Positions 36,801-48,780 of a stretch of DNA of 64,000 nucleotides are shown here, piece after piece (positions within the stretch are counted from its first letter, which is position 1; the number at the start of each line of letters is the position of its first letter). The notes beneath the pieces are model-generated. The model was not told the origin of the DNA, searched no databases, and saw only the letters and a program-made list of their open reading frames with translations. Origin of the DNA: Mobula hypostoma (lineage: Eukaryota); assembly GCF_963921235.1 (NCBI RefSeq), contig NC_086124.1:24118001-24182000 (forward strand), written 5' to 3'. The translations under genes were made by a program, and so were the position numbers.

Positions 36801-37942
36801 ATGTGGAAAACTATTATAAAAGAATAGAAACTAGAGGGAGATATTGCAATTCTTAAATGGTGTGCATATGACTTGGATTTTATGCCCAATAAACTGGATG
36901 CTAGGTTTAAGGACTGGACAGCTAAAAGAATAACAGTTCTTTGCAATGTAATGAAAGAAGGAACACTGTTCAGTTTTGAAATGTTTAAAGAGAAACACTT
37001 ACTAGAAAAACAAGACTTTTATCCGTATTTACAGATGTTAATAGGACGATTAAAAATGTAACCAAGGCAAGTACATGTTTGATAGAGCTATTTAGAAAGG
37101 AATATAATTCAGATAATGGTAGTAGAATCATTTCAAGCATGTACAAGGATTTGTCAAATTTTAAAACACATTCGACTTCATACATTAAAACAAGCTGGGA
37201 AAAGGAAGGAGGGATAATTATATCTGAGGAAGAATGGACAATAATATGGAGGTATCAATGGGAGTGTACCAGTTCACAGAAATGGAGGGAGTTCAGATGG
37301 AAAAATTTGATAAGATATTTTATTACACCCTCTCAGATATCCCATTATGATGGTAACCTCCCTGTTTGCTGGAGAAATTGTGGACATCAAAATGCAAACC
37401 ATTATCATATTTTCTGGGAGTGCCCCGTTATCAAAGACTATTGGAGTGGGATACACAATAGTATTTAAATGTTAAATACCCTTAGAAAGTAAGACCATAT
37501 ATTTTGGGTATATACCTCAAGAATAGTTGAAAAGAGATAAATGGTTATCACAGGAGAGCCCAACTTTAAACTCATGGATGGAAATTACAATGAACATTTA
37601 CAAAATGGAGAAGATAACAGCATCTGTTAGTCATCATTTGGAATAATTTGATTCATACTGGGGAAAAATGGTTTAACTAGATAACGCCTCATAGACCTGA
37701 TTTTATTCTCACAGATTAATGAATATGTTGTAAAAAAAATAAGATCACTCCCTACTTGTACATAGTTTTCTCCTTTTGCTTGTTCTTTCTTTCCTCTTTT
37801 CTGTAAGTGTATACCTCAGCTAAATATTATGTGGAGATTTGTGGCATATATGACTATATAATATATATGTACATTAACTGAAATACACCTTATGGTAATG
37901 TTTGTTTGATGATGAACTTCAATAAAAAATAAATTACAAAAG
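33816..37942 (+). mobile_element. 5'-truncated L1-clade LINE with 17-bp TSD
   Basis: TSD aatgtactttgaatata at 33799-33815 and 37943-37959; KSPGSDGY, FRPISVLNVD, DAEKAFD and MNILPRLLYLF; A-rich tail. Confidence 0.92.
34468..35617 (-). mobile_element. Internally deleted hAT (Buster/SPIN-like) inside the L1
   Basis: Perfect 8-bp TSD atgtagat (34460-34467 / 35618-35625) with central TA; TIRs caggggtcagcaacc / ggttgcctaccccg; KPFTNEEFVKECL..ISLSARTITRRVEEMS. Confidence 0.92.
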
Positions 37943-39714
37943 AATGTACTTTGAATATACTATACTTCTACACCTTGCCCATTTACGTGTCTGTCCAAAT
38001 ACCTTTTAAATGTAGTGATTGTGCCTGTTTTCACAGCCTCCGCTGACAGCTGATTCTAGATATCAACCATTCTTTATGTAAGAAAAAAAGTGTATCCCGT
38101 TGGATCCCCTTTAAAACTGCTTCCTTTCACCTGAAATCTGTGCCCTCTCTTTTTCATTGCTTATGGATTGGTTGGGATGTTGTTGTGTAACTGTTGAGTG
38201 AGATCTTGCCATGTACACAAGGTTGGATCATGTCACAGAGTGGGATAGTGTCTGTGCTTTGTGCATGTATATAGATGGGTGAGTTATTTCTAGCTGAGTC
38301 ATTAGACACACCTACATAAAGAATAGAATATTTTCTCAATATCCCAGGGCCAATGCTTAGCCCACTATCAACATCCAAAACATATGACTTTGGTCTCGAT
38401 TTCCAGCCTGTTCTCTATAACTCATGACTCTGTATAGATCTCAGACATGTATCTTCGTCTTAATTATATTCAATGGCCCGGGCTCCTTGGCTTTCTATGC
38501 CTTCTATTTTCACTTGCCTCATTCATGAGTTCAAGTCTTTTGTCTCATTCAATATGATGACTGATCAGTAAACGCTCAATAGGAAAACTAATCAGTTAAC
38601 TCCAAGACCTGGGCCTCAATACCCCCATGTGTAACACATCTATATGAAACGTTCCTGTAGAAAAGCAGCATGAATCATCAAAAACGCAAACAGGAGGAAA
38701 TCTGCAGATGCTGGAATTTCAAGCAATACACATAAAAACTGCTGGTGAACGCAGCAGGCCAGGCAACATCTCTAGAAAGAGGTACTGAGACCCTTCCTCA
38801 GGGTTTCGGGCTGAGACCCTTCCTCAGGACTAACTGAAAGAAGGGCTAGTAAGAGATTTGAAAGTGAGAGGGGGAGGGGGAGATCCAAAATGATAGGAGA
38901 AGACAGGAGGGGGAGGGATGGAGCCAAGAGCTGGACAGTTGATTGGCAAAAGGAATATGAGAAGATCATGGGACAGGAGGCCCAGGGAGAAGGAAAAGGG
39001 GGGGGCGGAACCCAGAGGATGGGCAAGGGGTATAGTGAGAGGGACAGTGGGAGAAAAAGGAGAGTGAGAGAAGGAATGTGTGTAAATAAATAACGGATGG
39101 GGTACGAGGGGGAGGTGGAGCATTAGCAGAAGTTTGAGAAGTCAATGTTCATGCCATCAGGTTGGAGGCTACCTAGACGGAATATAAGGTGTTGTTCCTC
39201 CAACCTGAGTGTGGCTTCATCTTCACAGTCGAGGAGGCCGTGGATAGACATATCAGAATGGGAATGGGACGTGGAATTATAGTAGAGGACGCCTTCCAGG
39301 TGAGGCACTTCACCTGTGAGTTGGCTGGGGTGATATACTGCGTCTGGTGCTCCCGATGTGGCCTTCTATATATTGGTGAGACCTGATGCAGACTGGGAGA
39401 TCGTTTCACTGAACACCTGCACTCTGTCTGCCAGAGAAAACAGGCTCTCCCAGTGGCCACACATTTTAATTCCACGTCCCATTTCCATTCTGGTATGTCT
39501 ATTCACGGCCTCCTCTACTGTAAAGATGAAGCCACACTCAGGTTGGAGGAACAACACCTTATATTCCGTCTGGGTAGCCTCCAACCTGATGGCCTGAACA
39601 TTGACTTCTCAAACTTCCGCTAATGCCCCACCTACCCCTTGTACCCCATCCGTTATTTATTTATATACACACATTCTTTTTCTCTCTCTCTCCCTCACTA
39701 TACCCTGTGACCAT

Positions 39715-39942
39715 TGTGGTAAACCATATATATGTTGTAACTGGATTAACTGACTGGACACGCCCCTCTGCTGACTGCCCCTGTGGCTCCTCCCACAGAT
39801 CCCTGAATAAAGGTGATTTTGCCTTGCCTCTCCCCCTCAGTCCGGGGGCAGACACTCAGCATGGAAGTCATATTTTACTCCAAATAAAAGTCTTTCAGTA
39901 TTTACCCTACATCAGTCTTTTGGAGTTATTGAAGGTGCTTCA
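39715..39942 (+). mobile_element. Solo LTR (228 bp) inside the Penelope arm
   Basis: TG...CA termini, TATA-like and AATAAA motifs, flanks accat / cccat; the Penelope sequence resumes on the far side. Confidence 0.75.
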
Positions 39943-40138
39943 CCCATCCTCTGGGCTTTTCCCCCCCTCCCCCCTTTCTTTTGCCCTGGGCCTCCTGTCC
40001 CATGATCCTCTCATATCCCTTTTGCCAATCAACTGTCCAGCTCTTGACTCCATCCCTCCCCCTCCTGTCTTCTCCTATCATTTTGGATCTCCCCCTTCCC
40101 CTCCCACTTTCAAATCTCTTACTAGCTCTTCTTTCAGT

Positions 40139-40176
40139 TAGTCCTGACGAAGGGTTTCGGCCCGAAACGTCGACTA
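40139..40176 (+). ncRNA. Minimal type I hammerhead ribozyme motif (Penelope-associated)
   Basis: TAGTC-CTGACGA-AGGGTTTCGGCCC-GAAA-CGTC-GACTA: helix I TAGTC/GACTA, intact core, predicted GUC cleavage after 40171. Confidence 0.75.
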
Positions 40177-41034
40177 TACCTCTTCCTAGAGATGCTGCCT
40201 GGCCTGCTGCGTTCACCAGCAACTTTTATGAATCATCAAAAACCCTCACTGTCCAGGTCATGCTCTTTTCTCGCTGCTGCCACGGGCAAAAGGTGCAGGG
40301 GCCTCAGGGCTTGCTCCACCAGGTTCAAGAACAGTTAGTACCTCTCAAAGATCAGGCTGTTGAACAAGAGGGGATAGCTACACTCATTTAAGGACCTCTG
40401 TTATATTGTTATTTCATGCTCATTATTTACTGCTATTTATTTGTATCTGCATTTGCAGGGTTTATTTACAGTTAACAGTTCCTGATGTTAGCAGTTGCTG
40501 TTCTATACATTTGCTAAGTATATCCGTAGATGAGCCACAGCAGCAAAAGATCATGAACATATACTCAGTGTCTATTTTAGTCGGTACAGGAGATGTGTAA
40601 TAAAGTGGCCACTGAGTGTGAGTTGGTGTTTGTGTCTGTTTGTGTTTAATGTCCATACTCAAGGTCTGCTCTCCAGTTGCACTGGAATTCCTCACTATTG
40701 ACCAAGACCTCCCTCTTGTCAACATCACGTGGTAAATGATGTACAAGAGGCACTCCATGTTAAAAATATTCACAATCTGAAGTAGCATGTCTTTTTCAGC
40801 CTAAGAAGACATACTCATAAAAACATTGGTATAATGAAAGTAATTCTAATATTCACAGTAGATTTATTATCACAGTGTATTTGCAGAAAACAATTCTGCA
40901 GGGTATAGCATTCTTATGCAGAAGTGACGCAGATTGCAAAGATCGCCCTGATCAAATGACTCAAAAATGGCTTTAAGTAAAAAAGTAACCGGAATCCAGG
41001 CACATATCCGATATGAACTGCAAAGTCTCCCAAA

Positions 41035-41101
41035 ATGAGTCTCCAATTGACCTTTGCAATATTGATCCCAAGACTCCTGCATTTCCCTCTGACAGCAGGT
41101 G
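41035..41101 (+). CDS. Weak third candidate leader exon
   Basis: caaaATG; MSLQLTFAILIPRLLHFPLTAG+G; phase-1 donor GTGAGG at 41102; TGACTCA at 40957-40963. Confidence 0.3.
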
Positions 41102-41875
41102 GTGAGGGGGAGAGGAAAACCAATCATACACCGGTAGGTTGAATCAAGGTTGAACATCTGCTCGTCCTCGATGCTCATCCTCATTGACTTCAACCTTGCT
41201 GAATGCTTCAACTGGAGAAAAGCAATGGAGTTAATCATGGGCTCGTACCCTTGATGCCTCAGTTGGAGAAAAGCAACAGTCTCGATCATGTTTCTAGGCC
41301 ACACACTGTTCCAAACCTCACTGAATTTCCTTGGAGACAGCAAAGCACCAGATTGCTCAACTAGTCTAAAAACACACCATCAAAATATAAATTACAGGTT
41401 CCAATGGCACGCCGATTAATAGTGGAACTTCACTTGGAAGATGAGGTAAAAGAAGCATATTTGTGAACTGTCAGCAGGACATTGTCGTTGTTCATGCTGT
41501 TCGCTGGGTCATCTTGTGTGAACTAAACTGAAATCATAACGTCACTTTTGTGAAGCACTTTATGATCCCTCTCGGGTTGTAAGAAATCTCCATTACAGCA
41601 CCAGCTGGCGAACTGGGTCTTCCTTTATTACTCAACTAGATTCAACTGCAAGTCTTAAAGGCAGATTAGCTTTGTTTGTCATGTGTACGTCGAACATACA
41701 GTTAAATGCGTCATTTCCATCAATGGCCAACACAGTCCAATGATGTGCTGGGGGGTGGTGGGGGTCACACTTCCTGAGGCAACAGCTTACTCACAATTTA
41801 CTAATCCTAACCCGTAGGTCTTTGAGACACAGCACAGCATTCAGGTACACCACAATAAACTGTTGGCTGTGTTTA

Positions 41876-44800
41876 TTTATTTTTTAAATTTTTTTTATTT
41901 TTATTTGGATAAGGAATTCAGAAGTATCATGAACTTTTTTCACATGTATAACCTTTCCCATTTTTTTTATATATGTGTAAAACTATAATTATTTATACAA
42001 TCCTAAGTACACATTAAGATGATATAAAAAGAAATGAGACACTTAAATACATAATTATGTGCAGTTGAGATTCTACTCTATTAGAATTAGGCTAAATAAT
42101 GATATTAGTTGTTAAGAAAAATAGTAGTAATAGTGGATTCATAATAATTTCCATATATCTCTTCTGGACCATTTCTTCTGGTCCAAAATGTTGTATGTAA
42201 GCCTATGTAACTACCATTGTAGGTGTTTATATCCTAACTTGTTCATGTTTGCTCCTACCCCCAAACATAATTATCTAATCCCTATGTACTTATTTACTTA
42301 ATTTTATCATTTTTTTTATCCCTTTCCCAAATCTTTTCCTTTCCTTGTGTTAATTCTCCATTTTCCAAAAAAAAGAAACGAAAACAAAAACAGTAAACAT
42401 TTAGACCAGGGGTGCTTACGTTAGCAATATTGCTGTGTTGATGAGAAGACCAGTATGAATCATTAGGAGAGTCATGTAAAGTCTGCTCGCTTTGGGGTTA
42501 TATATATTCAATCCATTTATTCCAAATTTGATAAAATTTTTCTTTTTAAATTCTCAGAGAGTAAGTCATCTTTTCCATTTTAAATATTTCCAAGATAATT
42601 TCGTGCCAGTCTTCTAATGTAGGTGGTATTGGATTTAGCCACTTTCTAGTGATTGATTTCTTACTTGCCGCTAAAAGGGCCTGTAGCAACTTTGATGTCT
42701 TTCTTCTGTTCAAGAAACAATACATGCCCCAAATAGAGCGTCTCAAAGTTCAAAGGTATCTGGGTCTTAAATACCTTAGCAAATGTTCTATGAATACCTT
42801 TCCAGTATAATTTTAGGGCTTCCCAGAAAATATGGAAATGATTTGCTTCCTTGGAGCCGCACCTTCTCCAACACGTCACGTTTGTGTCTTTTTATTTTTC
42901 CTGATATGGGGTCTTGAAGCATCTTATAATATTTTTCCAACAATGTTCTCTCCAAGTCAAAGAGTTAGTCGAAGACCACTGAAAGCTGCATATTTTCCCC
43001 CAAGCCTCCTCTGAAAGTACCAACCTCGCTTCTTTCTCCCACTTCTCTTTAATATACAATGTGTTTACATTTTTAGCATGGGAGAGTGCATTATATAATT
43101 GAGAAACTGATTTACTTGGTATTGAACTGTAAGCCGAATTCAGAATCTTGAAAAATTCTAATTCTACTGTTGATAAGTCTGTATATCTACAACTCTGGTT
43201 AACATAGTGTCGTACTTGAAGGTACCTAAAAAAAAAAATTGTGTTCTAGGCCATGGTTGTCCTGCAGGAATTGGAAACTTTGTAATACTCTTTTATGTAT
43301 AAATGAGAGGTAGGTTGTAAGACCTTTCTTTATCGATAGTTCAAATCTTTTATCTCCTCTGTTGGGAAGGAATTTGGTATCATATGCACACCATCTGAAA
43401 AGTTTTAACATGTCATTGATTCCACATGAATTAACCACCTTCTGCCATACTTTTAATGTAAGATTTAACCCGCTGTTTTTAAACTTTTCCAATTGGGCCA
43501 TCAATCCTTTGTCTGCTATTGAGGCCTGTAGAGGAAAACTGTCAACCAATCCAAATTCTATTCCCTTCCGTCTAGCCCTATATTCCCTATTACACCAATA
43601 TAACAGAGGGGTTATCTGTGAAGCATAAAAATAATTTCTCAAGCAAGGAAGTACCATAGCTCCTCCTTCCTCCCCTAACTGTAAGGTGTTATATCGAATT
43701 CTAGCTTTCTTTCCTTGTCAGATAAAGCGGGAAATCCATTTGTCCCATTCCCCTGAATTGATTATCATCCACCTCCACAGGTAAAGTCCGGAAAAGATAG
43801 AGCAACCGAGGGAGAATATTCATTTTTATGGTATTTATCCTTGAATTTAAATTTAAAAAGGGGATAAGATTCCATCTATGCATATCTGCTTTTATCTCTG
43901 AAATTATTGGCCCATAATTTACCTGTAACAGCATTGAAAGATCCTTCGGCAGGGTTATTCCTAAATATTTTAATGATTTAGCTTCCCACTTAAGGTCATA
44001 TGTATCCTGCAGGTTTTTGGATGGTGTATAATTTAGGGACATAACCTGCGTTTTCTTTACATTTGTTTTATAACCTGATATTTTCCCAAAGTCATCCAAC
44101 AGTGTAAACAATCCTATAAATGATTTTTCTGGTTCACTCAGATAGACTAAAACATCATCTGCAAATAACGCCACTTTCTGTTCAATCCCTACCACCTTGA
44201 TACCTTTTACAATTTCGCTCTGTCTTATTAGTTGGGCAAGCGGTCCAATGTATAGCGCAAAAAGGAGAGGAGAAATTGGGCATCCCTGTCTAGTGCCTCT
44301 CTCTAAAATAAAGGTGTCAGAGAGGTCCCCATTTATCTTAATTCGAGCTGTAGGGCTGTCATATAAAGTCTGGATTTCTTTAATAAACTTTTCTTGAAAG
44401 CTGAATCTTCCTAACACTCTGTATAAGAATGCCCAACTAACTGAATCAAAAGCTTTCTCAGCGTCTAATCCCACTACCATTGTCTCTGTCCCATTCTTAG
44501 TAACCTGTTCTAGTATGTGTAGAGTTCTCCTTATGTTGTCCTGTGTTTGTCTTTGTTGAATAAATCCAGTCTGGTCTAAGTGGATTAGGCCAGGTAAAAG
44601 CTTTTCCAATCTGCGCGCTAATATAGATGTAAATAATTTGTAATCTAAATTCAGAACGCTAACTGGCCGATAATTACCACATTCTAGTTTATCTTTACCC
44701 TCTTTAGGAATAACTGAAATAATCGCTTCTCTCCAGGAAGGTGGAGTTTCTCCTCTCTGCAAGATCCAATTAAAGGTGTTAAGTAGTAATGGGGCTAACT

Positions 44801-47720
44801 GTGACTTCAGCGATTTGCACCAGTCTGCGGTAAACCTATCAGAACCCGGAGACTTTCCAGCCTTTAATCAAGAGATGGCCACATTCAGTTCTTTGGCAGT
44901 TACTGGTTCTAATAGACTTTCATTTTGTAACTCTGTAAGCTTGGGTAGATCTAAAGATTTCAATAAAGTGTCCATATAGGGCTCATTGGAAGCCCGGGGT
45001 TGGGAGTACAGCTCTCCATAATATGTTTCAAAACTCTCTTGAATTTTCCCTATTGTACTCTCCACAAGCTTTGTCTTTGGATTCTTTATTTTATGAATTG
45101 TATTGTCTGCTTGTTGTTTTCATAACTTATATGCTAATAATCTAGCTGATTTACCTCCTACCGTATAATTCTTTTGTCTCAGGTAAAGAAAATTTCTGAG
45201 TTTTCAATGTATAAATATCATCAATTTCACTTTGCAATTTCTTAATTTCCTGTTTTAAATTAGAATTACTTTTTTTGCTATCTACAATTTGAAGTTGGTT
45301 TAATTTTCCTTGAAGGTCTGCTCATTTTTGTGCGTTGATTTTTTTCATGTGAGTGGTAATGGAAATAATTTTTCCTCTCAGTACAGCTTTCAATGTATCC
45401 CATAAGATAACTGGTGATGTTTCTCCTGTGTCATTAAGGTCTAGGTATTCTTTGATTTCTCCCCTTAATCTCTCCATTACTTTCAGGTTATTCAGTATAT
45501 GTGAATTTAACCTCCATAGTGTTTTCCTCATTTTCCTTTCCAGGATTAGAGACATACAGACTGGGCTATGATCCGACAGATCAATTGTTGCAATATTACA
45601 GTTTTTTATCCTGAGTCTATCTGTATTAAAGATAAAGAAATAGTCTATCCTTGAATAGGCTGAATGAGGGAAAGAGTAATGTGTATAATCTTTACTTGTG
45701 GGGTGTAATTCCCTCCACACATCTATAATTCCCAACTTCTCCATCAACAAATTCATTTTCCGAGTCAGAGGATTATTCTGAGTAACTATTCTTGAAGAAT
45801 CTAATGCAGGATTTAACCTAATATTAAAATCCCCTCCACAGATTACTATCCCTTGAGAACTGACCATTAGGTCAAAAATGTGTCTATAGAATGACCATTC
45901 ACAACCTGGTGGAGCATAAACATTCAGCAATGTTATTTCTGTACCTTCTATTCTTCCTGTAATTTTTACAAATCGTCCATCTTTGTCTTTAGTCACTGAA
46001 ATATGTTCATAATTAAGAGTACTTGATATTAAAGTAGCTACCCCTCTTTTGTGGCTCAATTTATATAATGAATAAAATACATGCATAAAGCCCATTCTTT
46101 TTAATTTTTCATGTTCAGATTGGCTCATATGTGTTTCCTGGAGGAAAGCTATTTGTGCCCTCTCTTTTTTCAATTTAGACATAATCTTATTTCTTTTAAT
46201 TGGATTCAAAACCCCATTAACATTATAGGAAATTATTTTTACCAGTTCAATTTGCATTTTTCTCTAGTAGAAAAAAAACTCTCCTTTACTAACCAAACAG
46301 TAAGCAATCCCTTCTCAACAGTAAACCAAAACATATAACCACACCCCAGACATTTTTGAACGTATAACATTTGAAAATTTTCCCCGACTTTCAACAGTGA
46401 GGCCTGAGCACCGACCCGCCTCAGTTCAGAGGGATAACCTCTATCTTCACCCTGTGTTAGAGGGCCCTCCACAGTGTGAATAATCATAGAGAATTTTCTC
46501 CTATTTATGACTCGACCATATTGCTATCATTCAAGTTATTCCGTCTAGTTTATTTTCAGTTACCAGCTTTCATTTTACCTTTAAGTCTGATTTACTCTTT
46601 TCAGTCATTTTTCTTAATTAATCTGTACTCTCTGTACATTCGCATCTGAATATTTGCAGCTTTTCCTTGTAGTTTGACACTGTGGTTCGTGTGGAGCGTT
46701 CTCGCCCACTAACTGGCACGACTTCTGCCGAATCCTCTCCAGTAGCGACTGCGGTTGGGTGGTAACTTTAATAGGTAGTGCCCGGTCTGCCAGGTCCGAC
46801 GTTGCCTCCTCCGTTGTACCATAAGTTTTTGTCCCTTCGTCATAAAAGACTGTCTACCGAGCTGGATACAGGGTCTGGATCTGATGTTGTTTTCCTTCAG
46901 GACTCTCCGTGTTTCTGCATATTCCTTCCGTCTGGCAAGGATCCTGGGTGCGTAATCGTGGTTTAAACTGATTTTACAGTTGCTCCACATGAAACCTTTC
47001 TTTTGCCATGCCCGTTTAAGCACCTCTTCCTTCGTTCTGTAACTGAGAAATCTGACTAGAATCGATCTGGGCTGGGCACCTGCTGGAGGCTGTGGTGCCA
47101 ACGCGCGGTGGGCCCTTTCTATCTGTAGGTCTTTTGCGTCCGGTATATCAAAGTTCTCTCTAAGCAGCTTCTCCACGAAGGGAATCATCAATCCGGGTTT
47201 ACCTTCAGTTCCTTCAGGAACTCCGTAGATCCTCACATTTTCCCTTCTTGAGCGGCCTTCTTGGTGTATTAGCTTGCACTGGAGCTGCTCTTGTAGCTTT
47301 AGTATTTCTGCTATCACTTCCTCTGCATTTTGTAGCTTCTCCTCAATTCCAACAATCCTCGCTTCGGCTTCATCTATCCTCGAATTAGTTTTTACTATTT
47401 CTCCTTTAATATCTTCCAGCTGTTTGTTGTTATCTTGTTGGAACTCGCGAATCTCTCTGAGATTCACCAATTCCTCCTCATATCTCCGTCCTGGCCTGCC
47501 GTGGGGGAGCTAGGCCCGTCGCCTTGCTGCGTCTCTTTGTGTTTATCAGCCTTCTGAGCGGACTTTTTAATCTTGTTCTTAGACATCATCCTTGCCCCTT
47601 TTATTAATATAGTTATACAATATTAAGTATTTGTCTAATTTCGATTTTGGGGCAGTTTACCTTTTTTGTCGAGAGACCTTTTCCTTACGCTGCCATTCCC
47701 TTGATGACCCGGAAGTCCCC
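41876..47720 (-). mobile_element. Full-length L1-clade LINE (ORF1 + ORF2, inactivated) with 17-bp TSD
   Basis: TSD actgttggctgtgttta at 41859-41875 and 47721-47737; 5' ggacttccgg; ORF1 GRSRRENVRIYGVPEG; EN 45322-46257; RT 43701-44762; poly(A) tail. Confidence 0.95.
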
Positions 47721-48176
47721 ACTGTTGGCTGTGTTTAAGGGAGATAGAATGTGGGTTGTCAATCCAGACGGTGTGGAACAGTAAAATCTGGATTAACAGC
47801 AGCATGGGTGGGGGTTTTGCGAGGTGGAAGGCAGGATGGAGTGAATGATGATCAGCTCGTGGACAGAGTTGTTTTTTGTGAGCATGCCACATGTGTGATT
47901 TAAAATGTAGAGAGTTAACAACAACATGAAGTCTATAATCTGCGCCTTGTAAGGCATGAAAATGCCCGACGCAGGCCTCTCATGGTCTGAGTCGACGTTC
48001 CCTCCCCCAAGTCGACATACTGGTTCAGGTTCTGACACTTGGAGACAGATAGAATCAGTGTCTGAGACTGAGGAAGTGACGCAGACCAGCAGCAAAAGAA
48101 AACTGAGTCCAGCTATTTGCTATAAATACACTAAGAAATGGTTTTCAGGGCTGTTTCAGGATTTAAGCTTCAGAAT

Positions 48177-48780
48177 GTTATTTATTTATTTATTGTGATA
48201 CAGCATGGAATAGATCCTTCTGGCCCTTTGATCTGCACCACCCAGCAGTTCCCAATTTAATATTAGCTTCATCACAAGACAATTTACGATGACCAATTAA
48301 CCTATCAATCGGTACATCTTTGGAATATGGGAGGAAACCCATGGGGCATGGGGAGAACATATAAACTCCTTACGGGCAGTGACAGGAATTGAACCCAAGT
48401 CGCCTGTACTATAAAGCATTGTGCTAACCACTACACTACTGTGCTACCCCCTCTTGATCTTTAACAGTTCAGACCAGGAATTTGGTAGGCATTTTCATGA
48501 ACTGTTTCCTCTCACAGACGGCATGGTAGTGTAACTCTTTACAGTGCCTGTGATTGGGGTTCAATTCCTGCTGCAGTCTTTATGGCATTTGTATGTTCTC
48601 CCTATGACCCCATGGGTTCGCTCCCACATTCCAAAGACATACATTAGGGTTAGTAAGTTGTGGGTTGGCGATGGAAGCGTGCTGACACATATGGCTGTCC
48701 AGCGCAATCCTCAGATTCTGGTAGTTAATACAAACGATGCACTTCACGATCTGTTTCAATATACATGTGACAAATAAAAC
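48177..48780. mobile_element. Two tRNA/V-SINE-like elements in opposite orientation
   Basis: Minus copy ~48177-48445; plus copy ~48520-48780 with ggggttcaattcc B-box-like motif and tttgtatgttctccc core. Confidence 0.6.

Larger units (their letters stand above)
38686..40227. mobile_element. Inverted (head-to-head) Penelope-like insertion with 16-bp TSD
   Basis: Minus arm 38686-~39280, plus arm ~39285-40227; atgaatcatcaaaaac at 38670-38685 and 40228-40243. Confidence 0.88.

Noticed and set aside
40562-40619. Short palindrome as a regulatory hairpin
   Set aside because: It matches the Tc1 TIR (taataaagtggccactgagtg) and is a minimal deleted transposon.
48520-48600. tRNA gene
   Set aside because: Only a SINE head with a B-box-like motif; no cloverleaf could be supported.
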